The notes beneath the pieces are model-generated. The model saw only the letters and a program-made list of their open reading frames with translations. It was not told the origin of the DNA and did not search any database. Positions 18,245 to 29,039 of a DNA stretch of 64,000 bases are shown piece after piece. The stretch is from Candidatus Poribacteria bacterium (GTDB taxonomy: Bacteria > Poribacteria > WGA-4E > PCPOR2b): positions 3,840,001-3,904,000 of the forward strand of contig OZ242326.1 of assembly GCA_965208325.1 (NCBI GenBank), in the 5' to 3' direction. A program made the position numbers and the translations under genes. How positions within the stretch are numbered: position 1 is the first letter of the stretch; each line of letters starts with the position of its first letter.

Positions 18245-19014
18245 ATGCCAATCAGAACATTCCGATTCATGATTGTCCTCTTTGTAACCGTCGCTGTGCT
18301 TGAACGAATGTGTATCGCTGGTACGTGGATAGACGATTTCAGTGACCGAAACCTTCGAGATTGGGAAGGCGGTCTAATAAATGACGAGGTTAGCGCAGGT
18401 GTTGTTGGTGGACACTTCTATTATAGAGGAAAAAATGAACGAGCAGGTTATTATATGAAAAATTTGGCATTAGGGAAAATCCAAGATTTTTCGCTCCAGT
18501 TGAAGTTTATGGTTAGAAACCTCCGAGACCTACGGCAGGGTTTTTTGACTATTGAATATTCTTCATTTAACGAAAAAACGAGGGGTCACGACGGGATTAT
18601 GCAATTTCGTGGTATCCCCATGGGGAACCCAAAATTAACATTATGGATGTTACAATTGATCGCTTCGAGCTGAGAGTGCCGGAAGATCAGCCAGAATTGG
18701 GGCAAGGCTGGATGGCAGATCTCGCTGCAAAAGACAGCTTTGCATTCGAAGAAAAGGTCTGGTACACGTTGAGGATTGCACGCGAAGGAAACCAATACAC
18801 TTTTTCGATGGGCGATGTTATATTATTCGCAGAAGATGATTCAGTGCCGATGGGTAAGATTGAGCTGTTATTTTTTGGAAGGTGTACCGTCTGGTTGGAT
18901 GATTTTATCGTGACCGGCCCCGATGTTCCGAATGGAGGCCCCGGCTTTTTGGGAGTCAATCCATTGGCAGAGGGAGTAACGACGATGTGGGGAAAGCTCA
19001 AAGCACAGAACTGA
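18245..19014 (+). pseudogene. Frameshifted paralog of 16699-17496
   Basis: ORFs 18245-18673 and 18643-19014 align to the N- and C-halves; one base is missing near 18605-18609. May be a sequencing artefact. Confidence 0.75.
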
Positions 19015-19015
19015 C

Positions 19016-19561
19016 AGTTCTTGTAGGTTGGGTTGAGCGGGTTTCACCAAATGATGTACAATTTCACATTTCGCCCTAGGAGTCTAACGACGTTCAAGAT
19101 CCGATGGGCAGAGCGTAACCCAACGCTTTTCGCATTTACGCATGTTTTCCGATAAACCAAAAACTCCGCAATACCCAAAAGCGTTGGGTTCGCTACACCT
19201 TAACAATTTGGGCACATATTCAAATACCGATATCCATTGCGCATTTTTCGCGTCTTTCATTTAATCCGCTTAACCCAACCTACAAAAACTAATTGCAAAT
19301 TATTGCGCCCAATCCATAAGCCATCGACGGGTATTGTCAGACGCTACCCCATTGTAGGCGGGGCATCTTGCCCCGCAAAGTAGTAGGCACACTCCGTGTG
19401 CCGTAATCTTCTGTGAAATCACACTACCCATACACCGCAACCGCGCAAGCAAGCGATCGAATAGGGCGCGATAGTCTTCGGCTCCTGTATCCTGTAGGAG
19501 CGATCTCCGAATCGCGGCACTTATTTTAAACCGGGTGTTTCTGAGAAAACTCGGTTTCTCC
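19016..19561. repeat. REPIN-like unit plus composite REP block
   Basis: Same REP modules as 17638-18143. Confidence 0.85.
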
Positions 19562-19671
19562 AGCCCATTGTACGTCCTTCCCGCCTCAATTCCAACCTAG
19601 ACCTATACCCAACTGTCGGTTCAGCGCTTAAACTCGAAGATATTTGAAAATGTCTGTCGCTATAGGCTACA

Positions 19672-19872
19672 ATAATAGAAAATCGTGTGTAAGGTTCGAC
19701 ATCTAGGAGCCGTGTATCAATGGATGCTGAGACCGTCAAAAGCCAAGGGGTGGAATATGTTATACTACCGAGAGTAGAACACGAACAGCTCATTGAAGAT
19801 GCGGTGATGCTTAGCGACATTCGCTAGTTCCGTTAGGCAAAAACCGCTGACGTGGAAACCTACCCACTGAAT
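19672..19872 (+). pseudogene. Remnant of a RelE-like toxin C-terminus followed by a decayed antitoxin N-terminus
   Basis: Translates '..KIVCKVRHLGAVYQ' then ATG 19720 'MDAETVKSQGVEYVILPRVEHEQLIEDAVMLSDIR*FR*AK', with two in-frame TAG stops. Confidence 0.45.
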
Positions 19873-20023
19873 TGTGAAAATGTCGGGGATTCTCACGTTT
19901 TTACCGATTGAATCGGGTCGATCAAAAAAAGCCGGTAAGCTTGTCGCAACTGTCCACCCTTCATATTCGAGGATGCGCGAAAGATTAAGATGAATTCTTT
20001 CGCAGTTTTAGAGAGGTGCAATA

Positions 20024-20260
20024 ATGAGCCAAATTGTTGTAAATCCAGAAATTCTGGGTGGGAAACCGATTATCGAAGGCACTCGCCTGAGTGTAGAGCA
20101 TGTGTTAGGGTTACTCGCGAGCGGAATGTCCCACACAGAGATTTTTGAAGCCTACCCGGAGTTAAATGAAGAAAATCTTCAATTGGTGCTCGCGTATGCC
20201 TCTCGGGCACTCCGTGATGAGGTGATAATCGATCTCCCATTCACCTACGGCAAGGCTTGA
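20024..20260 (+). CDS. DUF433-family antitoxin
   Basis: IVVNPEILGGKPIIEGTRLSVE..L..LA.G.....I...YP.L. Confidence 0.9.
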   Translation: MSQIVVNPEILGGKPIIEGTRLSVEHVLGLLASGMSHTEIFEAYPELNEENLQLVLAYASRALRDEVIIDLPFTYGKA

Positions 20261-20354
20261 CAATGCTACCCCGCGTGTGACTGACATAAACATTGAGGTT
20301 ACCATCAGACAGCAAATGAAAACTAATCGAGACTAAGCGAGAGCAAATCATATC

Positions 20355-20674
20355 ATGGCAGAATTTACCCTCAGTTCAGGAAACGTCTTTAAGGATTTAG
20401 GGCTCCTAAATCCCGACGAACGATTGGCGAAAGCCAAACTTGCACATGAGATTAATAGCTTGATTGCCGATCAGGGAATGACTCAAAAGAAAGCTGCGGA
20501 CTTTTGGGTATGAGCCGACACAAAATGACAGAGCTGAGAAACGGTCGATTAAAGAACTTCACCATTGACAATCTATTTTCTCTTCTCGGAAAACTCGATC
20601 ATCAGGTCGAAATCGGAGTTAGCCCGAAGTCAAGTCACGATATGCAGGAAACCATTGATGTTGCTTTTATTTGA
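20355..20674 (+). pseudogene. XRE/HTH_37 (HigA-like) regulator with two frameshifts
   Basis: MAEFTLSSGNVFKDLG...AKAKLAHEI...GMTQKKAADF; -1 shift near 20505 and +1 shift near 20567; ends LDHQVEIGVSP..AFI*. Confidence 0.7.
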
Positions 20675-20964
20675 CGCTGTGTTAAACTTTTCAATCTCAC
20701 AAAATATCACAGCCAATGTAAAATTGGTGTGAGATTTTGTTGAATTTTGTGACGTTTTGTGACACCGGAGTTGTCAAAATCGCCGGTTATCGACATCGTC
20801 AAAAAACGCCGGATACTAGACCTAGACTAGCTTCAACCCGTAAGACCATGGGGAAACAACGTCCATTGCCGATGAAAATCGCCGAAATATGTGACATTCT
20901 GTGAGGTTTTGTGACATTGCACTTTTGAAACAGGTACACAGCGTTTCACACATCGTCGGTCGAC

Positions 20965-21795
20965 ATGACTGAAAACTACGTTTATCCCAATATTCGCCAG
21001 TCCGTTTGGATCCTGGTCCTATTCCTCGTTCTAGTGACCGTTTTAGTTGTTCCCTTGTACATTATTGAGACGGTTACTGAATTTCCGCTGTTAGAGCACC
21101 CCGTCGGCCTTATCTTTATTCAGCTTATTGCATACGGGTTAATTTTGACAAGAGGGATTAAACGAGCCAAAACCTCTCTCAGCGAAATTTGTCCGCTTGT
21201 GCCGGTAAGACTTTCCGTACTGTTACCCATGGCAATTACAGTAATCGGCACGTTTATCCTGCTTTCTGAAATAAATAACCTGCTACGGAGCTTCCTGCCC
21301 ATACCAACATCGCTCACTAGCTACGTTGAAAGTCTTGTGAGTGCAAGCCGTTGGGGAATCATTATTGCTATCGTAGTAGTTGCACCCGTGATTGAAGAAC
21401 TGTTATTTCGAGGATTAATACTACGCGGCTTTCTGAGTCATTATAGCACGCGAAAAGCTATTCTAGCTTCTGCCATATTGTTCGGGTTGCTTCACTTCAA
21501 TCCTTGGCAGTTTATTGGTGCCACTACATGGGGCATTCTATTCGCATGGTGGTTCGTTCAAACGCGCTCGATTCTCCCCTGCGTTTTTGGTCATGCTCTC
21601 GTTAATGCATTGGCTTGCACGTCACTTTTTCGATTGAAAACACCGGGCTTCATGGACGCATTCCGCCTTGGAGGGTGGCTAAACTTCCTCGCCTTCGTAT
21701 CAGCAGCGGCAGGAGTTTGGATCCTAATCCGTCAGTTTCGGAAATCGAGCGACACGGTTCCAGCAGATGTGTTTGGACATGAATCCAACGACTGA
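20965..21795 (+). CDS. CPBP-family (Abi/CAAX) intramembrane glutamic endopeptidase
   Basis: APVIEELLFRG, FGLLH, GHALVN motifs; multiple transmembrane segments. Confidence 0.92.
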   Translation: MTENYVYPNIRQSVWILVLFLVLVTVLVVPLYIIETVTEFPLLEHPVGLIFIQLIAYGLILTRGIKRAKTSLSEICPLVPVRLSVLLPMAITVIGTFILLSEINNLLRSFLPIPTSLTSYVESLVSASRWGIIIAIVVVAPVIEELLFRGLILRGFLSHYSTRKAILASAILFGLLHFNPWQFIGATTWGILFAWWFVQTRSILPCVFGHALVNALACTSLFRLKTPGFMDAFRLGGWLNFLAFVSAAAGVWILIRQFRKSSDTVPADVFGHESND

Positions 21796-22010
21796 AGATG
21801 GAAATGGTGCCTAATAGTGATTGTTTCGCCAATAATGTTTCGCTATAATGAACCGGTGGGGTTGCTGAAAGACAAATTAACTTGCGCCGACTCTGATTGC
21901 TATACTCCGTCCGTTGTCGCAAAACTTCACAGCCTATGAGAAACTCTTTCGATGCTCCTTAACCTCGCGCCTATCGAATAGTTCAGGTGTATCGCAATTT
22001 GGAGGTTGGC

Positions 22011-22361
22011 ATGACCGAAAACTCCCTTTACCCCAATATTCGCCAATCCGTTTGGATTTTCGTATTACTCACGATTCTGACGTTAGGCATAGGTATCATC
22101 CTCGGAATTCTTGAGTTTGCTATCCACGATCCACTGTTGGAGCACCCCGCTGTCATTGCATTGACGAATCTCGTCGCTTTCGGACTAATATTGGCGATGG
22201 GATTGAAACGCGCCAATGCGTCGTTGGGAGATATATGTCCGCTGGTGCGGATACCACTGACGCTAGTTTTCCCTATGGTCCTCACCGTGATAGGCACGGG
22301 CATCCTACTCTCCGAAATTGATAACCTGTACAATTTTTCCTGCCCATGCCAGTATTTTTAG
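22011..22361 (+). pseudogene. Truncated paralog of the CPBP gene
   Basis: MTENSLYPNIRQSVWI matches the N-terminus of 20965; frameshift near 22329, then cut off by a REPIN at 22360. Confidence 0.8.
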
Positions 22362-22690
22362 TTCTTGTAGGTTGGGTTGAGCGGATTTTACCAAATGGTG
22401 TACAATTTCACGTTTTGCTCTAGAAGTCTAACGACGTCCAAGATCCGATGGACAGAGCGTAACCCAACGATCAACTGAGCGAATAGCGAAGGATCAACCG
22501 AGTGAATAACGAGGGCGATAGTCTTTTCTTGCCTTATCCGTATCGCTTCCGATAAACCAAAAGCTCCGTAATACCCAAAAGCGTTAGGTTCGCTACACCT
22601 TAACAATTTCAGCACATATTCAAATACCGATATCGATAGGGCATTTTTCGCGTCTTTCATTTAATCCGCTTAACCCAACCTACAAAAACT
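22360..22690. repeat. Mosaic REPIN-like unit
   Basis: Inverted REP ends; 5' part matches 19016-19125 and 3' part matches 17661-17859. Confidence 0.85.
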
Positions 22691-22792
22691 TACGCGCTTC
22701 AGATTGAATTTTCCCGATCCATCAGGCGTCGAATGGCATTGCCAGACTCCACCTAGCAGGCGGTTATTATGCTTCCAAAAAGGAGATTACCG

Positions 22793-23284
22793 ATGAATAA
22801 TCAAAAAACAGAATTTACTAATTTTTTACTGGCGCTTGCCTACGTAATTGCATTTTTTACAATTTTGCTATTTGTTATCGGATTGATTGTCGCGTTTGTG
22901 GCGGGCGAATGGAGTTCCATCTGGAAGTTAACAGGAGCAGGCACGCTTATAGGTGTTGCAATTGCAGTTCTGTTTCTCATCGTAGGTGGAATTGGACAAC
23001 TAATAGAAAGGGGGTATGGTTTTCATTTATTGATGTTGGCACTTGGTTTATGTGCTTGTTATTTGTATATAAATGCCGAATTCGAGCCCCTGTCTGAATG
23101 GCAAAATCAATATCTAACTGGCAACGATGCGCCATCACAGTGGAAAGTTGGAGAATGGACAATTTTTAAGGCAGACCACCCCAGCGACGCACAAGAGTAT
23201 ATTCGTGATACATGGGAACAAGCCAAAACGAAACATGACAACAATTGGCTTAGACGCATGTTCTCGGACAATAAGGATAATTAG
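22793..23284 (+). CDS. Hypothetical membrane protein
   Basis: AGGAGA RBS; three hydrophobic segments; AT-rich coding sequence. Confidence 0.7.
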   Translation: MNNQKTEFTNFLLALAYVIAFFTILLFVIGLIVAFVAGEWSSIWKLTGAGTLIGVAIAVLFLIVGGIGQLIERGYGFHLLMLALGLCACYLYINAEFEPLSEWQNQYLTGNDAPSQWKVGEWTIFKADHPSDAQEYIRDTWEQAKTKHDNNWLRRMFSDNKDN

Positions 23285-23376
23285 ATACATTCGCTCCCTA
23301 CATCGCAATTGTCTAACGATGAGTTGCGCGCAATTATGGTGCAACTACGAGCACAACGTAGCGCGGAAGAACAGTA

Positions 23377-23736
23377 AGTTCTTGTAGGTTGGGTAGAGCG
23401 GATTTATCCAAACCGTTGCATTAACAGATTGCCGCTCCCAATTTCGAATTATGGTTTGTGGAATTTCAAGCGTAGCGAAACCCAACGCTTTTGAAAACTC
23501 CGGCAACCAAAACGACTACCAAACGAAAAATCCGTCCCGTTTACGCGAAAACTCCGCCGTTTTTCATTGTACCAATTATCATCGTATCGACCTTAACCCT
23601 CGCCTCTCCAAACGTCCCAAAAAGCGTTGGGTTTCGCTGAACGTGAGTTAACACCAAGCATGTTGCGTTTCTGGCGGTAAGAACTATCGCCCTCCCTATT
23701 CGGTCAGTCGATCGCTCTACCCAACCTACAAAGATT
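23377..23736. repeat. REPIN-like unit
   Basis: AGTTCTTGTAGGTTGGGTAGAGCG ... CGCTCTACCCAACCTACA; interior resembles 14073-14256. Confidence 0.85.
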
Positions 23737-23812
23737 TTGCTTACCGCGACTTACGCCCTTTTTTTTATGGACTATAAAAACTGTAATTTTGTGTGTCCAA
23801 AAAAGAGGCAGA

Positions 23813-23841
23813 TTGACACCAAATTGCTTCTGACGTATAAT
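23813..23841 (+). promoter_or_regulatory. Consensus sigma70 promoter
   Basis: TTGACA-N17-TATAAT upstream of the PhyH gene. Confidence 0.8.
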
Positions 23842-23898
23842 TGGTGAATCTAATGCGGCAATATGTACAATGCACACACCAATTATCGGAAGAAAATT

Positions 23899-24846
23899 AT
23901 GGAAACTCATGGCGTTTCAAGCGGCGACCTTGAATCCGCGCTCACGCATCTTTCCGAACACGGATACGCCGTCATTAAAGGCGTGCTTAGCGGCGACGAA
24001 ATCCAGCACTACCGAAGTCTTGCGGCGGAACTCTTTGCACGAGAGCGACACCATCCCTACGAGCCGGAAGACGGGCCTGCGTTGCTGGGAGATGCCGAGA
24101 TTGAAGTGTATCTAAAGGAGAGCTACCGAATTAGCGAGGCGGAACAGGCGCGGCTCATGCGTCGAATCCGGCATACACGCGCCCAAAACCGCGGCACGCC
24201 GTGGCCCGTCGCCCCTTCAGAGGTCGTTAAGAATTTCCTTCACCTGCCGACCCTGTTCGATTATGACCAGTCGCAGCGTATCTGGAACTTAGTTAACAAA
24301 GCCCCGGATATCGGAAAACTAATAGAACATCCGGCGGTGCTTTCGTTGGCGCGGGCGGTTCTTGGGGACGATTGCGTACTCGCCGACTGCAGCGCCACTA
24401 GTATTGGAGCGCACACCGGCGAAGGCGGGGCGTGGCATGTGGATGTGCCGCTCGGTCAGTTGCCGGAACCTCTGCCTGACTTCCCGCTGACCATCCAGAA
24501 CGCCTGGATGCTAGATGCGTTCACAACGCGCAACGGGGCAACTCAGGTTGTTCCCAAAAGCCATCGCACCCGCAGAAAGCCCGATTGGGGCGGGCAGCAG
24601 GAGGACGGGAAGATTCTGACGGGACCTGCCGGCTCGGTGGCAATCTGGCTCTCAAATACATGGCACCGGTCGGGGCCCAACGCAACCGGAAATCCCCGCC
24701 GGGCAATCCTCTGCTACTACTCCCGCTCATGGATAAAGCCGTTTACCGATTTTACATTGTGCCTAGACCCGGAAATCGCGAAAACTTTCTCACCGGGTTT
24801 GCGGTATCTTTTAGGATTTTCAGCCAACGCACCTGTGCGAGGATAG
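23899..24846 (+). CDS. Phytanoyl-CoA dioxygenase (PhyH) family Fe(II)/2OG oxygenase
   Basis: GYAVIKGVL, WHVD (HxD), NGATQVVPKSH, AGS....SNTWHRSG.N....R. Confidence 0.9.
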   Translation: METHGVSSGDLESALTHLSEHGYAVIKGVLSGDEIQHYRSLAAELFARERHHPYEPEDGPALLGDAEIEVYLKESYRISEAEQARLMRRIRHTRAQNRGTPWPVAPSEVVKNFLHLPTLFDYDQSQRIWNLVNKAPDIGKLIEHPAVLSLARAVLGDDCVLADCSATSIGAHTGEGGAWHVDVPLGQLPEPLPDFPLTIQNAWMLDAFTTRNGATQVVPKSHRTRRKPDWGGQQEDGKILTGPAGSVAIWLSNTWHRSGPNATGNPRRAILCYYSRSWIKPFTDFTLCLDPEIAKTFSPGLRYLLGFSANAPVRG

Positions 24847-24909
24847 GAGATTCAAGATTGCGTTATTCCAAAATCCATAAATATCTGATATAGGGAGTGC
24901 ATGCTTCGC

Positions 24910-25137
24910 TCATGGATGTGTTTCCGGATGACGGGCAAATTTATCCTCAAGCGAATCGCGCCGCTTGCAAATTCCGTCAATGTTTTTTCCTAGAGTGTCA
25001 TGCTCACGACTCAACTGCAATCTTAAATCGTCAATTCGCTTATTCACTCCATCGATCTCACGGACAATGATAAATCGGACTGACCCAATAATCGCTACAA
25101 TTGGCACAATCAACTGTATCCAATCAGCAGCCTGCAT
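24910..25137 (-). CDS. Small membrane-anchored coiled-coil protein
   Basis: GGAG RBS; N-terminal transmembrane helix followed by heptad-like REIDGVNKRIDDLR. Confidence 0.55.
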   Translation of the reverse strand: MQAADWIQLIVPIVAIIGSVRFIIVREIDGVNKRIDDLRLQLSREHDTLGKNIDGICKRRDSLEDKFARHPETHP

Positions 25138-25403
25138 TGTAAATCTCCGTTTTGCTCTCGGCATTAGAGTAATCAGTTGCTAGTCACATAATAACACACA
25201 TCGGGGGGCTTATCAAAACAAACGCCTACCAAGGGCACCGTTCACAAAAACCCACGGCTGAGCATCAGCCAACGGCGTCAGGGATACACTGGGGTGCAAG
25301 CGAATATTTGTTAGCAAGTTTAACCTCAATCTTTGTTATCTATCTCTATCTGTCAACTTCTACCGTGTGACATGAATCGCCGAACTTACGGAGGCACACA
25401 AAA

Positions 25404-25691
25404 TTGGATACACAAGCGATTCAATACCTCACTGAAATCCTGTCTGCGCTTGGAAAAGAGGCGGAGGAGTTTGAAAAGGAAGCCCGTTTGTTATTGGCGC
25501 TGAAATATTACGAAACTGGCAAACTCAGCACCGGACTCGCGGCTCAACTTGCCGGTGTGCCGAGCACCACCTTTATATTTCTTCTTGGCAGGCACGGTCT
25601 GTCGCCCTTTGGAGAAACACCTGAAGAGCTTGAAGAATCTTTCGAAAATGCAAGAAAAGCCAGTAATCGCCAACCCACACGGAGAGGATGA
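25404..25691 (+). CDS. UPF0175-family protein (antitoxin-like)
   Basis: LALKYYETGKLSTGLAAQLAGV...F..LL. Confidence 0.8.
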   Translation: MDTQAIQYLTEILSALGKEAEEFEKEARLLLALKYYETGKLSTGLAAQLAGVPSTTFIFLLGRHGLSPFGETPEELEESFENARKASNRQPTRRG

Positions 25692-28626
25692 TGTCCGAAC
25701 GTTCCGCTGTCCAGAACCCGATGCTCAAATACGCCGCCGAGATTGGCTGGGAGGCTATCCCGGCATCGGACGCGCTGCCGATGCGCTGCGGCGATAAGGG
25801 GCTTTACTTTGCCGACGTGCTGGAAGCCCAACTGATGCGGTTGAACTGGGGCATACTGGACGAGACGCGCTGCAAGGAGATTGTTAGGCGGTTGAATCTG
25901 CTCAACCCGACGCTGGAGGGGAATCAGCGCGCGCTCTCGTGGCTGCGCGGAGAGCAGTCGATTTTTGTGCCGACTGAGAGCCGCGAGCGGAACGTTACCT
26001 TGATAGATTGCGAGGCGCCAGACAATAACCTGTTTCATGTGACCGATGAGTGGTGGCAGCGCGGCACAGTCCACCGAAACCGCGCCGATGTCGTATTCCT
26101 GATTAACGGGATTCCGGTAGCCGTGGTGGAGACCAAATCCGCGGGCAAAGCGGACGGATTGGCGGCGGGAGTGGAACAGATTCGGCGCTATCACGAGGAG
26201 ACACCGGAGATGTTCACCACCGCGCAACTGTTCGGCGTTACGCAACTATTGGAATTCTTCTATGGCGTCACCTGGAACGTCAGCCGGAAAAATCTGTTCA
26301 ACTGGAAAAGCAGCGTAGCCCCCCTGATAAGGGGGGTTGGGGGGTTGCAACACCAAGACTCATCTGATTCGGAGACCAGCGAGCCGGCAAACTACGAGGC
26401 GAAGGTCAAGACTTTCTTCGACCGAAAGCGCTTTCTGGGAACCTTGCGCGAGTCGATAATTTTCCAGAGCAGAGACGACGCGCTTACCAAAGTCGTGTTG
26501 CGCCAGCACCAGACCCGCGCCGTGGAGAAGGTTATCGAGCGGGTTTACGACCCGCACAAACGGCGCGGGCTGATCTGGCACACGCAGGGCAGCGGCAAGA
26601 CCTTGACCATGATTACCATTGCCTCGCGGTTGCTGCGCGGCGGCGGTGAGACGGAAAAGCCGACGGTGTTGATGATAGTCGACCGTAACGAATTGGAGAG
26701 CCAACTCTTCAAAAATATCGCCGGCTACGGCATCTCAACCCCTAAAGTCGCAGAAAGCAAGCATGACCTGCGGGAGATTTTGGCGTCAGATTACCGCGGC
26801 TTGATCGTGTCGATGATCCATAAGTTCGACGATATTCCGGCGAATATCAACACCCGCGAAAGCGTGACCGTGTTGGTCGACGAAGCGCACCGCACCACGG
26901 GCGGCGATCTGGGCAATTACCTGATGGCAGCGCTGCCCAATGCGACCTACATCGGTTTCACCGGCACGCCGATTGACAACCTCGCTCAAGGCAAGGGGAC
27001 GTTCAAGGTGTTCGGCGTGGATGACGAGAAGGGCTATCTGGATAAATACGCAATCGCCGAGTCCATTGAAGACGGTACCACGGTTCCGTTGAATTATGCG
27101 CTTGCGCCGTCCGAACTGCGGGTTGACCGCGAAACCTTGGAGCGGGAATTCTTAAACCTCGCGGATGCTGAGGGTGTCAGCGACTTGGAGGAGTTGAACG
27201 CAATTCTCGACCGAGCAGTTCGGTTGAGAGAGATGATGAAAGCCCCGGATCGGATCGATAACGTGGCAGTGTCTGCGGCGAAACATTTTCAGGAGAACGT
27301 TGAACCGATGGGGTTCAAAGCGTTCTTGGTAGCCGTCGACCGCGAGGCGTGCGCGTTGTACAAGACAGTGCTTGACAAACATCTACCCTCAGAATATTCA
27401 GAGGTGGTTTATTCCGATGACACTAAAGACTCCGCGCTCATGAAAGCGTATCACCGCAGCGGCGAGGAAGAGAGGGAGATACGCAAGAAATTCGCCGATA
27501 AACCGCTCACCCGAAAATTTTAATTGTGACCCAAAAGCTGTTGACAGGCTACGACGCGCCGATTCTCTACTGCATCTACCTGGATAAACCGATGCGCGAT
27601 CATGTGCTGCTGCAAGCCATTGCCCGTGTCAACCGGCCGTACGAGGATGACGACGGGTTGGTGAAACCTTATGGGTTCGTTTTGGACTATGTTGGCATTT
27701 TCGAGGATCTGGAAAAAGCCCTCGCCTTTGATTCGGACGTTGTGGAGAGCGTGATTCGGAATCTTGACGTGCTCAAGGAGGCCTTCGCCGAACGGATACG
27801 TGACGATGCGCAGGCGTATCTGCCCTTTGCCCGTGGTTGGGATGACAAGGCGAAAGAGCGGGCGATTGAGGGTTTCAACGACAAGGACGCGCGGGAGGCG
27901 TTTTACAAATTCTTCAGAGACACCCAAAACCTCTATAACATAATTTCGCCTGATTCCTATTTGCGCCCGTTCATGGACGATTATCAAGCGTTGGCATCGC
28001 TTTATAGTCTCATTCGGAACGCCTACGCTGACCGCATTTTCGTTGATAAGGAGTTGACCGCCAAGACGCGGGAACTGTTGCAGCAACATACGGATAGCAA
28101 TCGGTTTGAGATGCCGGGCGCGATTCAAGAATTGAACGCGGACACACTGAAGGAAATTAAGCAGAATTACAGTTCCGATACGGTGAAGGTGTTGAACTTG
28201 CGCAAGTTTTTGCAGAAGAAAATCATTGACGAAAGCCGGTCCAAGCCGTTTCTGATTTCGATTGGGGAACGCGCGGAGGCAATCACGGAGGTGTACGAAA
28301 ATCGACAGTTAACCACGCAGCAGGCCTTGATTGAATTTGAACAACTAGCGGAGGAATCTGAACGCGCTTCAAATGAGCGCGACGAACTGAATTTGGACGG
28401 AAACGCCTACGCTATTTATACGATTCTCAAGACCGTCACGGAAAACATTAACCCCGAGCGTGCGCGGGACCTAAATAAAGCCTTTGACCAGTTTCCCGAT
28501 TATCAGTGGGACGAACGCCAAAGGAGCAAATTGCGGAGCATGTTCTACGCAGCGTTGAGACCCATAGTTGGAACCGAAAACCTGATTGATGCGACAAACC
28601 AACTGCTGAGGCTGGAACGAGTATGA
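25688..28626 (+). pseudogene. hsdR: Type I restriction endonuclease subunit R, split by a -1 frameshift near 27500
   Basis: RADVVFLINGIPVAVVETK, WHTQGSGKT, DEAHR, GFTGTP. Restoring one A gives KILIVTQKLLTGYDAP, which joins LQAIARVNR in 27526-28626. Confidence 0.88.
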
Positions 28627-28979
28627 AGGGCGAAAGTATCTGGAACGATTCGGAGGATTTGAAAGCGGCGGTGCGGCAGTGGGCGGACCGCATCGGTGTG
28701 CAGGTGCGGGAGATACATCTGCGGGACATGCGGCGGAAATGGGCTTCAATATCGTTGAATGGGCGGTTGACGCTCAACACGGATCTCGTCAATCTGCCAA
28801 AGGCGTTGGGCGAGTATGTGATTGTCCACGAGCTTGTTCACCTCCTCGCCCCCAACCACGGTGTGCTGTTCAAGAGTTACATGTCCGCCTACCTCCCCGA
28901 CTGGCAAGACCGTCAACGCGCCTTACAAAAATCGCCTGATGTGCTCGGTGAGTCCTCCCCTTTTCGAAGGGGGAGCTAG
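28623..28979 (+). CDS. M48/YgjP-like (DUF45) zinc metalloprotease, short form
   Basis: MRRKWAS, YVIVHELVHL..PNH...F; typical hsdR neighbour. Confidence 0.88.
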   Translation: MKGESIWNDSEDLKAAVRQWADRIGVQVREIHLRDMRRKWASISLNGRLTLNTDLVNLPKALGEYVIVHELVHLLAPNHGVLFKSYMSAYLPDWQDRQRALQKSPDVLGESSPFRRGS

Positions 28980-29039
28980 AGGGGGTTCGGCACAAATCAC
29001 ATATGCTATATCCGATAACCAATTTCGACCATGAATTTA

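Noticed and set aside
16699..19014. Duplicated gene pair as a diversity-generating retroelement TR/VR
   Set aside because: Differences are not adenine-specific, the duplication covers the whole gene, and no reverse transcriptase is present.
14073..23736. Repeat clusters as a CRISPR array
   Set aside because: No constant-length repeats with unique spacers and no cas genes; they are REP/REPIN palindromes.
25224..25317. attC-like site (GCCTACC...GTTAGCA), plus similar starts at 21809 and 23311
   Set aside because: R boxes deviate from RYYYAAC/GTTRRRY, pairing is poor, and there is no integron integrase.
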